From an uncultured Alphaproteobacteria bacterium (GTDB taxonomy: Bacteria > Pseudomonadota > Alphaproteobacteria > RF32 > CAG-239): a stretch of DNA of 64,000 bases. The notes under the pieces were generated by a model that was not told the DNA's origin, ran no database searches, and worked only from the letters and a program-made list of their open reading frames with translations. A program made the translations under genes and the position numbers. Shown here in pieces: positions 18,432 through 29,544 of the stretch. The stretch covers positions 24,244 to 88,243 of the forward strand of contig CASFSV010000017.1 of NCBI GenBank assembly GCA_949297415.1, read 5' to 3'. Each line of letters opens with the position of its first letter. Positions within the stretch are counted from its first letter, which is position 1.

Positions 18432-19940
18432 ATGCTTATGAATGATTTTTATGTTCCTTTACGACAGGAGTTTTTAGATGCGCGTTTTATGCGTGCTTGT
18501 TTGAGTAAATACTTGTATGATAGCGGATATTACTGTTGTGATGTCTTTTTTGCGCAAGTGCGGTTTAAATCCGATAAGCAACCTAAATCTTTTCAAAATG
18601 ATTTGGGGTTTAATCTTGTTTATGAAATGCTGGCCTATAAGCCTAAAGATGGGTGGAATTGGAAGCGTTTGACTGAAGAATGGTTTCCTTCTATCAATTT
18701 GGCAAAGTTGCCCGAACAACGTAATGTTAATATTAAAACATTTGTTGAATTAGCTCCTTATGAGACCGGAGATAGATATGATCGCAGAGCAGAGTATCTG
18801 AAGAGGAAACTTGATGAAAATCTTTTGTGGGAAGATGAATTGGCTCAAAAGTTTGATATTATTAAAGTCTATTTTGATATTCTTTCCGGACAATTCTTTT
18901 TCAGACCATTTGAAAATAAAAGTTTTCAACCTTATTTTCGGGGGGACCGATTTGATTGGGACGGGGATTTTGTTGAAGGTTATCGTGATAAGCCAAATGA
19001 AAAACGAGCTTTTTGCAAATGGCTCAGCCGATATTATCAAGACGATTGGTATGAGTATTGTCTTTATGATCCGGATTATATTAAAGTCGGGTTTAATTGC
19101 GTTTATAAAATTGGGCGCGAGCCGTATTATGAACTGCAACATAAAGTAGAGGCTACTCGGCAATGGATCGAAAATGAACATTTGCTTGTTGAAGATGTGC
19201 CGGTGTCGGCGTTGCTTTCTCCGCTTGAAATTGTCCAGATATTGTATTGGATTCATACTTCAAAGTGGTATCGTTCATATCATAGGTTTATGGATGTTTT
19301 TGACATTAATAAACTTGTGGTTTGGGGATATTCGGATACGAGTTGGTTATGGAATGAACGATTTATCAATCCCAGTAACGACGTTTATGCGAATCGTGCT
19401 TTCTTCTATACGGGGAATGTCTTGGAATTGACGACGGAACTTAAGGTTGATATTGCTAATTTACGACAAGATATCTATAAGTTGGCTGCAGCGACTGAAC
19501 ATGGTTTTTCTATGTTGACGGGGGTGTTGCATGATATTTCTCGGCAGATGTATCGGATGAGTTGTTGCCAAATTCAAGCTAAATGGGATCATTTTTCCGC
19601 ATTTGCTCGTGCTCATTGGCCTAATGAAGGGCAAAATTATTTGCAAACGGGACTTATTTTGAATGTGCTTCCATATGATGAAATGCCTGTAGACTTTATG
19701 AGAACTTACGAGACAAATTTGCTGAGACGTAGTGAGGCGCGAATGGAACAAATGTTTGCTCATCTTGAAGGTGAGGGTTCTGCTTCAGCGGAAATAAAAC
19801 GTTTGACACAAGATTTTAAGCAGAAATATCAAGATTATGTTAATGCGCTTAATCAACTTTCTACTTTAAAGAAGAAACTTGATACGGAACATGTTCTTTC
19901 TCTTGATGATGTTATCAATTTGCAAAAACTTGCTGAGTAA
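18432..19940 (+). CDS. Hypothetical protein (aromatic-rich, C-terminal coiled coil)
   Basis: 502-aa ORF followed by terminator 19948-19981; no recognised domain. Confidence 0.75.
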   Translation: MLMNDFYVPLRQEFLDARFMRACLSKYLYDSGYYCCDVFFAQVRFKSDKQPKSFQNDLGFNLVYEMLAYKPKDGWNWKRLTEEWFPSINLAKLPEQRNVNIKTFVELAPYETGDRYDRRAEYLKRKLDENLLWEDELAQKFDIIKVYFDILSGQFFFRPFENKSFQPYFRGDRFDWDGDFVEGYRDKPNEKRAFCKWLSRYYQDDWYEYCLYDPDYIKVGFNCVYKIGREPYYELQHKVEATRQWIENEHLLVEDVPVSALLSPLEIVQILYWIHTSKWYRSYHRFMDVFDINKLVVWGYSDTSWLWNERFINPSNDVYANRAFFYTGNVLELTTELKVDIANLRQDIYKLAAATEHGFSMLTGVLHDISRQMYRMSCCQIQAKWDHFSAFARAHWPNEGQNYLQTGLILNVLPYDEMPVDFMRTYETNLLRRSEARMEQMFAHLEGEGSASAEIKRLTQDFKQKYQDYVNALNQLSTLKKKLDTEHVLSLDDVINLQKLAE

Positions 19941-20058
19941 TTTTATTAGCGGCTGTTTCCTTATTGGAAACGCCGCTTTTTTGTTATATACTTACAAAAG
20001 AGTAGGGCTATATGTTAGCAAAGAAAACCCCGCCATTGTGACGGGGCTTGTTTCTTTA

Positions 20059-22125
20059 TTATTGATCTAAGAAAGAACGTAATTTCTTACTGCGGCTCGG
20101 GTGCTTCAATTTTCTTAAAGCCTTTGCCTCAATTTGACGAATACGCTCTCTGGTGACATTAAATTGCTGTCCAACTTCTTCCAATGTGTGGTCCGTATTC
20201 ATACCGATACCGAAACGCATACGCAAGACTCTTTCTTCTCTTGGGGTAAGGGAAGACAAAATGCGGGTGCAGGTTTCTTTTAAATTAGCATGAATTGCGG
20301 AATCAATCGGTTGCAATGCGTTTTCATCGGCAATAAAATCTCCCAATGATGAATCTTCTTCATCTCCGACCGGAGCTTCAAGGCTGACCGGTTCTTTGGC
20401 TATTTTCATTACCTTACGGATTTTATCAACCGGCATTGATAATCTCTTTGCCAATTCCTCCGGTATTGGTTCTCTGCCCATTTCCAAAGACATTTGGCGT
20501 GAGGTTCTTACCAATTTATTGATGGTTTCAATCATGTGAACCGGAATACGGATGGTGCGTGCTTGGTCGGCAATGGAACGTGTGATTGCCTGACGTATCC
20601 ACCATGTCGCATAGGTCGAGAATTTATAGCCTCTGCGGTATTCAAATTTATCTACCGCTTTCATCAAGCCGATGTTGCCTTCTTGAATTAAATCTAAGAA
20701 CTGCATACCACGATTGGTGTATTTTTTAGAGATTGAGATAACTAATCTTAAGTTAGCTTCAATCATCTCCTTTTTAGCACGGTCTGCTTCTCTTTCGCCG
20801 CGTTTAATGGTATCTACCATTTTACGATATTCGGAAATCGGCAGACCACATTCTTTGCTCATTTCTGCCAAAGAATTACGTAATTCGGTAATTTCTTCCC
20901 GATTATCTTTGATGAAGTTCTGCCAGTGCTTATCTTTCTTTTCAGCCATTTTTTCAACCCAATGCGGATCTAATTCCGAACGCTGGTAGGCTTCCAAGAA
21001 ATCTTCTCTCTTAACGCGGCAATTTAGTGCCAGACGCATCAACTTTCCTTCAACACCCATTAAACGGCGGTTTAATTCATTGAGTTGTTCAACCAATTCT
21101 TCAACTCGTGCCGAATTTAAGTGAATGGAGCTCATTAACTCTATCAATTCTTTTTTGATGTTGGTATATTTCTTTTCCAACGCAGGTTGTGCTTTTCTTC
21201 CGGCTAAGATTGCTTTCATGCGTTGGCTTTGAATACGGCTCAATTCATCGTAGTAGCTTGATATCTTATTTAAAATATCCAATACCGGTTCAAAGAGGGC
21301 TGCTTCCATAGCACTGATAGATGTGGTACTATGTCCGCCTTCTTCTTCATCATCCAGTTCGCCGTCACTTTCGCCATCTATATCGTTGTTTTCCGTAACA
21401 TCTTCTTCTTCAGGCTCATCATCTACCGTGTCATCGAATTCGATATCATTTTCTAAATCATCGTCGATTTCATCCAGATTTTTGCCTTCCAAATCTTTGG
21501 CTACTTGTTCTAAATCATCAACCTGTGGGGTGTCATCATCATAGACTATCGCTTCTGAATCCACACCATACATCATTTCCAGGTCGATAATGTTGCGTAA
21601 CTGCATGGTGCCTTCAACCAATTCATCTCGCCATTTGGATATGGCTTTTAATGTCATCGGATTTTCGCAAAGGCCACCTATCATTACCGTCTTTCCGGCT
21701 TCTATTCTTTTGGCGATGGCTATTTCTCCATCGCGGGACAATAATTCAACAGTCCCCATTTCTTTTAAGTACATACGAACAGGGTCGTCCGAACGCATTA
21801 ACTCTTTGCCGTCCAGATTGCCGACACCGTCTTCATCATCTAGTATTTCATCTTCTTCAAGACGTTCTTCTTCCCCGTTATCGTCTTCAAAATCTTCTGT
21901 TTCATCGGCCGAAATTATGCTGATTTCCATATCTGAAATCGCTGCCATGATGTCTTCTATTTGGTCTGATGTTTCTTTTTCGGACGGTAGGGCTTGGTTT
22001 AGTTCTTCTATGGTGATGTACCCTTGTTCTTTTCCTTTGGCAATTAGTTTCTTTAACGCACTGCCAAATGAATCTAACAGAGGTGCATCAGATGTTCTGT
22101 AATCTTCGTTATCTGTTTCTGACAT
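20059..22125 (-). CDS. rpoD: RNA polymerase primary sigma factor
   Basis: [64 protein letters not shown], region 4 [16 protein letters not shown]. Confidence 0.99.
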   Translation of the reverse strand: MSETDNEDYRTSDAPLLDSFGSALKKLIAKGKEQGYITIEELNQALPSEKETSDQIEDIMAAISDMEISIISADETEDFEDDNGEEERLEEDEILDDEDGVGNLDGKELMRSDDPVRMYLKEMGTVELLSRDGEIAIAKRIEAGKTVMIGGLCENPMTLKAISKWRDELVEGTMQLRNIIDLEMMYGVDSEAIVYDDDTPQVDDLEQVAKDLEGKNLDEIDDDLENDIEFDDTVDDEPEEEDVTENNDIDGESDGELDDEEEGGHSTTSISAMEAALFEPVLDILNKISSYYDELSRIQSQRMKAILAGRKAQPALEKKYTNIKKELIELMSSIHLNSARVEELVEQLNELNRRLMGVEGKLMRLALNCRVKREDFLEAYQRSELDPHWVEKMAEKKDKHWQNFIKDNREEITELRNSLAEMSKECGLPISEYRKMVDTIKRGEREADRAKKEMIEANLRLVISISKKYTNRGMQFLDLIQEGNIGLMKAVDKFEYRRGYKFSTYATWWIRQAITRSIADQARTIRIPVHMIETINKLVRTSRQMSLEMGREPIPEELAKRLSMPVDKIRKVMKIAKEPVSLEAPVGDEEDSSLGDFIADENALQPIDSAIHANLKETCTRILSSLTPREERVLRMRFGIGMNTDHTLEEVGQQFNVTRERIRQIEAKALRKLKHPSRSKKLRSFLDQ

Positions 22126-22358
22126 GTCGTTCCTTAAAATCGATTTTAAATTGCCTTTTTATACGTAGTATAAACCGGCAAAAAATTGCAAGCGGTTATA
22201 CACTTAATCTTTCTTCTTGACTTTGTCAAGCTATATTTCCGTTTAATGCATATTTTTTTGTGCTTCTTTATCGTGTGAAAAGCTTGATTTTCTACCTTGA
22301 CAGAATAGGGGGAAACTTTGTATAATTGCTTATTGTCGGTTGGGAGTGGTGTATCGGT

Positions 22359-25157
22359 ATGCTGTGGAATGATACTGAATTGCAGAATTTATACGGTCTC
22401 GGTAAGGAAATCGTTGTTGAACGTTTTATGAAAAATTTAGATGCTCCGGAAAATGGTGATTTGTTTCAAAAGGAAAATTTTTCTTACCTATGGGGCTTAA
22501 TCGGTATCGCCGGTATTAAAGGAACTTCGCCTCTTGTTCGACACAAAATCTGGAATGCTTTGCTTCAATTCGGCGTGGTAGATGCTTTTGATAAAGGGCA
22601 ACTTTCCGATTTTAATCGTAATCTTGCTGAGCGTTATAATGACGGACGCTTAAAGGCTTGGAAAGGTCTTGATAATTTTCAGGCAAGCGTTAAGTTTCGT
22701 AAAACCGTCTTGGATAAATTGGTTAAAACTGATGCCGATTTGGCTCAACAGGTGTCGCCTTATTGCGTTGATTATAAAAAAATGATGGAACAACTCGATA
22801 ATGCGGAATTAAATGATAAATTAAAAGCTTATTTGGAACGTTTCAGAGGGTTGGGAGCTGCTTGCGGGGTGACTACCGATGCCGTTGCCGCCGTGTACGA
22901 AAAAACTGATGTGCTTCGTAAACTTTGTGATGTTGCTGCTTATACACATCGTAAATTATCCGAAAAAGAAAAAAATTACTTGTTCTTGTATTTGTTTGAG
23001 GCGGTTAATGATGGGTTTTCTCCCAAATCTATCGGTCTTGATGATGCTGTTTTAGCGAAACTTATGGCTGATGAAGCTTTGGACGGTTTATCCGAGCTTG
23101 AAGCTGAACCGCTCTTGGCGCGAAATGCCGAAATTGAAGACTTTGCGGCTAAATTTGAAGATGAATTCGGTTTTTATGAGGAAACCGAAGCTAAGTTTAT
23201 TAAACATGAATTCGGTAAAATCCGACCGATTACCGAACGTTGTCTTAAATGTATTCAAAAAGATGCTGAACCTAAAGGTGTGGTTTTTGCAATGACGCTG
23301 GTGGAACTTAACCAAATTAAATCTGCCGTGCAAATCCTTCTCGAATTGGCTAAAAGAGGACGGGCTACCGAACTTATCGGCTTTTTACATCGATTGTTGC
23401 CCAAAGTTAAAGGTTCCGAATCCTTTATTTTGGATATTATTTGTATCAATTTACAGAATTTTCATGGCGATGACGATTATTTTGTGGAATATGCCGCAAG
23501 AAGAACTTTGGCTGCCGTTCGTACTTTTATTGAGGCTAATTGCCAACAACAGGCGGCTGTGCTTCTCAAATATTTGGTGCTCGGTAATTGGTTTTTAGAT
23601 AAAAATGAATTGGTTAAGCATTTTATTTTATTGGCTAATACTTTGATGGTGCTTGACGATAGTTTTACGCCTGAAATGTCGTTTTTGGCTCATCAACTCA
23701 ATTTAAGAGTTTTTGAAACCGAAAATGGTGTGATTATCGGTACTGATGAAGATAATCCTTTGGCTATGGCTCAACAAAAATTGGAACAATTTGTTGCCGG
23801 TACTTCTATGCTCAATTGGGCTAAATATGCCGAAGAAGATAAAAAAAGAATGCAGGCTAAGGTTTCGGAAGGTATTGAAGGGGATACTTGTGATATTGAT
23901 TTTGGTGGGCTTGCTTTTCATCAACAAACGTCGTTTCGGCGTAACTCTCCAAAATCTGACGACAATGACAATACTCCGGCTATTCGTTTGACCGATGTTT
24001 CTAACTTGAAAGATAAGGTTGCTCTTCAACCAAATATCTACAAAAAAAATGATGAAATTGTTATTCCTCAAAAAATTCAGGATAAAGCGCCGGAATTGTC
24101 TTCTCATTCACAGATTAAACCTTCTGGGAAAATTCCTTCTTCCGCTGATATCCTTCGTAGTTATAGGCAAACGGATATTTCTTCAAATGTTGTTTCGGAA
24201 TTACCCAGTACGCAACTTCGTGAGAAATTATCCGAATATCCTCCGGCTGTCCAGATAGATGTTGATGAACCTTCTGCTGTTATAAAAACATCTCATTCAA
24301 ATCCTATTAATTCGATATCCGCTGCGCCGCACGACGATAGTGTTTCAATTGATGGCATAGCAGATACAAAAAATACCGAATTTGCTCAAAAAAATCTTAC
24401 CGGCGAACGTTTGATAAACAATGTAAATCATGCGATTACATCGCCTTCGGAACAACCTGTTAAATCGTCCGTTATTACAAAACAAGCTCCTCAAATTAAC
24501 GAAAACACTCCAAAGCCCTATACTCAAGCTAATGTCGTTCAGCAGGAGGAGCGTGAAGGCATAACACCAATTAAAAAAACGGAAACTCCCTTACAGACTC
24601 CTGACGTGAAACCGTTAAATGAAGAAACACATCAGGATAATCAACAATCGGTAATAACAAATGTTGCGGAAAATGTTTCTGAACAGCCTATTGCTCTCTC
24701 CGAAAATTCAGACAATGCTGTATCTACTCCTCTTACGAATGCAGATGTGCAGGAGAATGCAATTTCCAAAGAGTTGCCTCAGATTAACGATGATAAAGTT
24801 TCTCCGCTGCATGGTAACGACGAAAATTCAATTCCACAAGTAGAGGATGCTCAAGCTGCCGTACAAACTTTAGATGAATTGCCGAAATTTGAGGAATGGG
24901 AAAGCTCCGATGATGAAAATTCTTCTTCCCAATCTTCGATAAAAATAAACATAAACAATATCTTAAACATCAATTCTAAAGAAGTAGATAAACATTTTGA
25001 ACATATTAAACAAATTGCTTCCGCCGCTATGAAAAAGGCCGAAGAACAGGCGGCTGCTATTAAGAAAAAGGTGGAAGATGCCGATTTAGCCAACTCGCCG
25101 TCCGTTCATAAAATTAAAGCATTAGCTGAAAAAATTAAATTCTTTCGCAAAAAATAA
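22359..25157 (+). CDS. Large hypothetical protein (helical N-terminal half, disordered C-terminal half)
   Basis: ORF 22326..25157; promoter TTGACA(22297)-N18-TATAAT and GGGAG before ATG 22359. Confidence 0.8.
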   Translation: MLWNDTELQNLYGLGKEIVVERFMKNLDAPENGDLFQKENFSYLWGLIGIAGIKGTSPLVRHKIWNALLQFGVVDAFDKGQLSDFNRNLAERYNDGRLKAWKGLDNFQASVKFRKTVLDKLVKTDADLAQQVSPYCVDYKKMMEQLDNAELNDKLKAYLERFRGLGAACGVTTDAVAAVYEKTDVLRKLCDVAAYTHRKLSEKEKNYLFLYLFEAVNDGFSPKSIGLDDAVLAKLMADEALDGLSELEAEPLLARNAEIEDFAAKFEDEFGFYEETEAKFIKHEFGKIRPITERCLKCIQKDAEPKGVVFAMTLVELNQIKSAVQILLELAKRGRATELIGFLHRLLPKVKGSESFILDIICINLQNFHGDDDYFVEYAARRTLAAVRTFIEANCQQQAAVLLKYLVLGNWFLDKNELVKHFILLANTLMVLDDSFTPEMSFLAHQLNLRVFETENGVIIGTDEDNPLAMAQQKLEQFVAGTSMLNWAKYAEEDKKRMQAKVSEGIEGDTCDIDFGGLAFHQQTSFRRNSPKSDDNDNTPAIRLTDVSNLKDKVALQPNIYKKNDEIVIPQKIQDKAPELSSHSQIKPSGKIPSSADILRSYRQTDISSNVVSELPSTQLREKLSEYPPAVQIDVDEPSAVIKTSHSNPINSISAAPHDDSVSIDGIADTKNTEFAQKNLTGERLINNVNHAITSPSEQPVKSSVITKQAPQINENTPKPYTQANVVQQEEREGITPIKKTETPLQTPDVKPLNEETHQDNQQSVITNVAENVSEQPIALSENSDNAVSTPLTNADVQENAISKELPQINDDKVSPLHGNDENSIPQVEDAQAAVQTLDELPKFEEWESSDDENSSSQSSIKININNILNINSKEVDKHFEHIKQIASAAMKKAEEQAAAIKKKVEDADLANSPSVHKIKALAEKIKFFRKK

Positions 25158-25315
25158 TTACTTTTTGGGGAACGGTAATTTCTTTTTTTAGGTTTGTTTC
25201 TTCCGCTAATTGAGAGCTGAGGAGTATAATATTTGATAATCTGTTCTGCTCATTAAGTAATCTTGTGTTGAGCTTTTAATCTTAACCAAACTCGGATTTT
25301 TGTTATGAAACTCAT

Positions 25316-25667
25316 AAAAAAAACGCCCGATTTTCACAAATCAGACGCTTTTCATTCTTTAACTATAAAAAAATAATTTGTCAGAATCTACCGTTTTTCG
25401 CAAAGGGGCAGATTAGCGATATTTTCTTTGCAGAAAACATCTTTATTTAGCAAATTTAGATGTACTCGAATCTAAGTGAACCGTCTATTTTCACAAACAA
25501 ACGGTTCCATCATGACTAAAGCAAGACTTACTCTTGCACGAAGTTGTTAAACTTTTTAAACTCTGTTCCGGCATTCGCATGCGGGATGGAGAAAATGTCT
25601 GCGTTATTCATAGTATAAAAAAATAAGGCAGACTAAGAGAGAATAATATTTAAGTGATAATTTAGTG
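25316..25667 (-). ncRNA. Putative novel structured RNA (array of GNRA-capped hairpins); may also encode a 27-aa peptide (25528-25611)
   Basis: Promoter TTGACA-N17-TAAAAG (25702-25674); hairpins at 25567-25586, 25478-25507, 25418-25441, 25385-25414 and 25316-25352, with GCGA/GUGA/GCAA loops and G-U pairs that form only on the minus strand; the last hairpin ends in a U-run. Confidence 0.65.
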
Positions 25668-25673
25668 ATTTTT

Positions 25674-25702
25674 CTTTTAGCGCATCGGGGAGATTTTGTC
25701 AA
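25674..25702 (-). promoter_or_regulatory. sigma70 promoter for the putative ncRNA
   Basis: Minus strand TTGACA-AAATCTCCCCGATGCGC-TAAAAG. Confidence 0.6.
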
Positions 25703-25757
25703 GAATAAATTTGTTTTATATTGATTTTTATTATGCGCTGCGTTGTATGGCGAAATT

Positions 25758-27821
25758 TTAGTCGTCCGGTTCGGCTGCGTGCGACAATATTTCATCACGC
25801 TCTTTTTTTAAGCTACTCAGGCGTTCGTACGCTTCTTCGGTAAAGTTTTGGCAGATTTCTTTGGTCAGATCTTTGATTTCTTCTTCTAAATTACGTAATT
25901 TGTCTTCTAAAAGTAATTTGTCTATATTACGGCGTAAATCGTTGATAAAAGGCGGACGTTTCTGCAACATATCCAACTCCCATAACTCTTTTATTTGTTT
26001 GTTTTGTGGAGTGGCAGCTAATTTTTCCAACAATTCTTCCGTTGATATAGGTTCCTCTGTTTCGTGATATGTATCCGATATGGTGGTTAATAAATCTTTT
26101 AATTGCGGATTTTTTATTTCACAGCTTAACAGTTGTTCTTCATAATCATCAATCAATTCCGGATAAATCAGCTCGGCAGCTATAATAAATCGAATATTCT
26201 TATCATTTTCACTTTCCGCACTTTGACGCAAGGTTTCAGGTGCATTGCTAATTACATGGTTAATTTGCGGGCGAGGGGAATTATAATTATTGCGGCGGTT
26301 ATTGTTGTAACGATTATTGCCATAGCCGTTGTTGGTGCGTGAATAAGTCGAGGTCTGAGTGGTACGCGGACGAGCTACTGATTCTTCATAAGGTTGCGGT
26401 ATCGGCAATGGTTCACTTGTTGGGATATTATCTAAATAAGCCGGCGGATTTTGATTTTGTATCGGTGCAGATGTTACAGGTTTAGGCTGTGGGCGAGGAG
26501 CGTATGGGTGCGACTGTGGCGTTGAATACTCTCGCTTTTGCCAGGCTGTCTGTTTGAACGCCAAATAAATACGGTTGCGAATTTCTTGCGCATAATAACT
26601 TCTGACCGTCGCATCTCCTATTTTGGCGACTTCTGCCAATAATGTCTTTTCGATTAAGGCTTTCTTTTCCGGCGTGGAACTATCTTCATTTTCGGTATAT
26701 TTTTGCCATAAAATATCTATCAGCGGTTTCGTCTTTTTCATCAAGGCTCCGAAACTTTCTCGGCCATGTGCTTGTAAGTATTCGTCCGGATCTTGATTAT
26801 CCGGCAAAAATAAAAATTTCAGCGAGTATCCCGCTTTTAATATCGGTAAGACTCTGTCTACCGCTCGCATCGCGGCTTTTACTCCAGGACTGTCGCCGTC
26901 CAGACATAATATCGGTTCGGGACAAACTCGCCATGCTTCCATAATTTGTTCTTCCGTCAATGCTGTTCCCAGTGGTGCTACCGCGTAGCCAAAACCGTAT
27001 CTATCCAGAGCGATAACGTCCATATAACCTTCGCAGATAATCAGGTTCTTTTCTTTATAGGCAACTTCACGTGCTTTATCTAAGTTATAGAGATTTCGGC
27101 GTTTATTGAAAATAGGGGTGTCGGGCGAATTTAAATATTTCGGCTCAATCTTTTCCATTACTCTGCCGCCGAACGCAATTATCTTGCCTTGTTTATTGGT
27201 TATCGGTATCATCACTCGATTGCGAAAGAAATCATGCGGGCGGCGTGATGTGTCTTCCGGAATAGCTATCAAGCCCAGCTCTTTCAACTCTTTTTCGTTA
27301 ATACCTTCCGCTTTGAGATGGGCCATTAACGCATTGTTATTTGGGGCAAAGCCTAAACGGAATTTTTGGATGGTTTCTTTAGATAAACCGCGCTTATCCA
27401 TAAAATATTTTAGGCCTTCCGCACCTTCCGGCATTCTTAAAGATTTTTCAAAAAAGCTGCAGGCGCTTTCCATTATGTCATATAACGATTTGCGTTCTTC
27501 TTCTTCCTTTTTATCTTTGGCCGTTAGTTGAGGCATCTGTAAACCGGCCTGATGCGACAATTTTTGCAACGCATCTATAAACGGAAGTCCGTTGCCTTCC
27601 ATCTCAAACTTGATGATATCGCCATGTGCTCCGCAACCAAAGCAATGGTAAAAACCTTTGCTTTCATTGACCGTAAAAGAGGGAGTCTTTTCGTTATGAA
27701 AGGGGCATAATCCCTGATATTCTCTGCCTTTTTTGGTCAGTTTTACTTTCGCACCGACAACATCAACTATTGAAACGCGAGCGCGTAATTCCTCTATAAA
27801 GCGTTGCAAATCGTCGTTCAT
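25758..27821 (-). CDS. dnaG: DNA primase
   Basis: CPFHNEKTPSF..CFGCG zinc finger, PKYLNSP, EGYMDV, TOPRIM DGD and DPD motifs. Confidence 0.98.
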   Translation of the reverse strand: MNDDLQRFIEELRARVSIVDVVGAKVKLTKKGREYQGLCPFHNEKTPSFTVNESKGFYHCFGCGAHGDIIKFEMEGNGLPFIDALQKLSHQAGLQMPQLTAKDKKEEEERKSLYDIMESACSFFEKSLRMPEGAEGLKYFMDKRGLSKETIQKFRLGFAPNNNALMAHLKAEGINEKELKELGLIAIPEDTSRRPHDFFRNRVMIPITNKQGKIIAFGGRVMEKIEPKYLNSPDTPIFNKRRNLYNLDKAREVAYKEKNLIICEGYMDVIALDRYGFGYAVAPLGTALTEEQIMEAWRVCPEPILCLDGDSPGVKAAMRAVDRVLPILKAGYSLKFLFLPDNQDPDEYLQAHGRESFGALMKKTKPLIDILWQKYTENEDSSTPEKKALIEKTLLAEVAKIGDATVRSYYAQEIRNRIYLAFKQTAWQKREYSTPQSHPYAPRPQPKPVTSAPIQNQNPPAYLDNIPTSEPLPIPQPYEESVARPRTTQTSTYSRTNNGYGNNRYNNNRRNNYNSPRPQINHVISNAPETLRQSAESENDKNIRFIIAAELIYPELIDDYEEQLLSCEIKNPQLKDLLTTISDTYHETEEPISTEELLEKLAATPQNKQIKELWELDMLQKRPPFINDLRRNIDKLLLEDKLRNLEEEIKDLTKEICQNFTEEAYERLSSLKKERDEILSHAAEPDD

Positions 27822-27846
27822 GTATTTTTTATACCCGTATCACAGA

Positions 27847-28299
27847 CTAAGCGAGCATTGTTTTGATTAAACCGGAGGCTTTACCCATATCTATTTGTCC
27901 GGCATAGGCACTCTTTAATTCGGCCATAACTTTGCCCATGTCTTTAATTCCGGCGGCTCCGGTTTTGGCAATAGCTGCTTCTATAGCGGCTTTGGTTTCT
28001 TCCTCATTTAATTGTTTGGGCAAAAAGCGTTCTATTACTTCAATTTCGCCTTGTTCTTTTGCTGCTAACTCCGGTCGACCGCCTTCATTGTAGATTTTTA
28101 TTGATTCATTTCTCTGTTTTATCATCCCTTGCATCATTGACAATAATTCGGCATCCGTTGCGCACTCTTTGCCGGCTCCTCTGGCCGTAACATCTTTTTC
28201 TTTTTGACCGGCGATAATCAAACGAACGGCCGCTACCGTCGTCATATCATGATTTTTCATTGCTTCTTTTAAGGCATTTTGCAAATTTTCTCTTAACAT
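27847..28299 (-). CDS. GatB/YqeY domain protein
   Basis: LKEAMK..MIKQRNESI..GRPELAAKE..FLPKQL..KDMGKVM. Confidence 0.93.
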   Translation of the reverse strand: MLRENLQNALKEAMKNHDMTTVAAVRLIIAGQKEKDVTARGAGKECATDAELLSMMQGMIKQRNESIKIYNEGGRPELAAKEQGEIEVIERFLPKQLNEEETKAAIEAAIAKTGAAGIKDMGKVMAELKSAYAGQIDMGKASGLIKTMLA

Positions 28300-28350
28300 T
28301 TTTCTCTCCTTTTCGGTTAAGATTATTTGTGAAACTTCTTTCGGCTCTGA

Positions 28351-29343
28351 TTAGGGCTTGGCAAAGTTCAAATTCAAACTTACCGCCGTATTACTTTGCG
28401 GTGCCGGTAAGCTAAATACAGCTCGTGTGCTTTCTCCGCCTTTTAATTTGGATTGTTCGGGCGCAAAACGTTCTTTCATATTATTAACGGTAATTTGCGG
28501 TACATAAGTCATATAGGGCGACGTGTTCTTTATTTCTGCCGTCACTTTAAGTACAATTTTCTTGTTTTCCGTAACGCGATTAACGCTTATCTTGGTAAAT
28601 TTGAGGTATTCTTCATTATATAGGCCGCTTAACCCGATTTTATTATAATATGCTTCTGCTTGCGGATAAATACTGACAACCTCTCTTCTTAAAAATAAAA
28701 TACCGGAACATAACAGCAACAGTAACAAAAAGGCTGAAGTTTTTTTGTAACCCTTAAATGGTTTGGGTGTATCAAAACGATCTGCCGGAGTTACTTTTAA
28801 GTTAAATCCTCTGTCTTCTTCTCCAAAAAGATGGGGTTCTTTACGATTTTCTTCTTTCTTTTCTTCTCGTAACGGCATCGTACTAATCGTAAATGATGTT
28901 CCTTGATCTGACGTTAAGGTTATCTCATTTTGTTTTTGGGCTGCGCCCAATATAACCGCTGAGGATAATATTTGTGGCGGTTCCGGCTTGTCTTCGGACG
29001 GTATTGATGTTTTCGGTGTTATCATCGGGGCCACAAAATTCGGATTGCCTTCTTGTTGGACTATTTCTGACGAGGATGGTGTTTTTCGACCGGATTTGCT
29101 ATCTGCCGGAATAATAAATTCTTTTTTTTCTGACGGCCATGGTCGTACTGTTGGTTCTGCTACTTGCAGTTCTTCAATATATGGTGTTTCTTCCTCTTTT
29201 TCTTCTTCATAACCTAAAGCATCGCTGCGCATGGCATGCCATACGTTGGCACAAGCCTGACAACGAAATTTTTGACCCGTCTTACCGATTAAATCATCCG
29301 GTATTTCGTAGATACTATGACATTTGGGACAACTTATTAACAT
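28351..29343 (-). CDS. MJ0042-type zinc-ribbon / DUF3426 bitopic membrane protein (ZitP-like)
   Basis: CPKCHSIY..RCQACANVW; one TM helix then RREVVSIYP; lies divergent from ftsE as in alphaproteobacteria. Confidence 0.85.
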   Translation of the reverse strand: MLISCPKCHSIYEIPDDLIGKTGQKFRCQACANVWHAMRSDALGYEEEKEEETPYIEELQVAEPTVRPWPSEKKEFIIPADSKSGRKTPSSSEIVQQEGNPNFVAPMITPKTSIPSEDKPEPPQILSSAVILGAAQKQNEITLTSDQGTSFTISTMPLREEKKEENRKEPHLFGEEDRGFNLKVTPADRFDTPKPFKGYKKTSAFLLLLLLCSGILFLRREVVSIYPQAEAYYNKIGLSGLYNEEYLKFTKISVNRVTENKKIVLKVTAEIKNTSPYMTYVPQITVNNMKERFAPEQSKLKGGESTRAVFSLPAPQSNTAVSLNLNFAKP

Positions 29344-29544
29344 CTGACCTTCCTTTTTTCATTTCTTGTTAGTATATAAAGAAAAAATATTTAATCAAAT
29401 CTTTTTTGGGACTATAGGTTAAAAAAATATTAATTGCTTCAGAGGGAATTCTCTCTACAGAGTCTTTGTTTTTTTTATATGGGGATGACGGTGCGGCAAA
29501 ACAAGAGGATAAATAACAGCGATATTGTGACTGAGAAGAACTCT

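Noticed and set aside
25158-25315. Possible frameshifted mini-gene on the minus strand (MSFITKIRVWLRLK...)
   Set aside because: Only 20 codons before a stop, starts inside the terminator U-run, and has no recognisable homology.
25604-25798. 64-aa minus-strand ORF overlapping the dnaG end
   Set aside because: It spans the predicted promoter, has no RBS and has non-protein-like composition.
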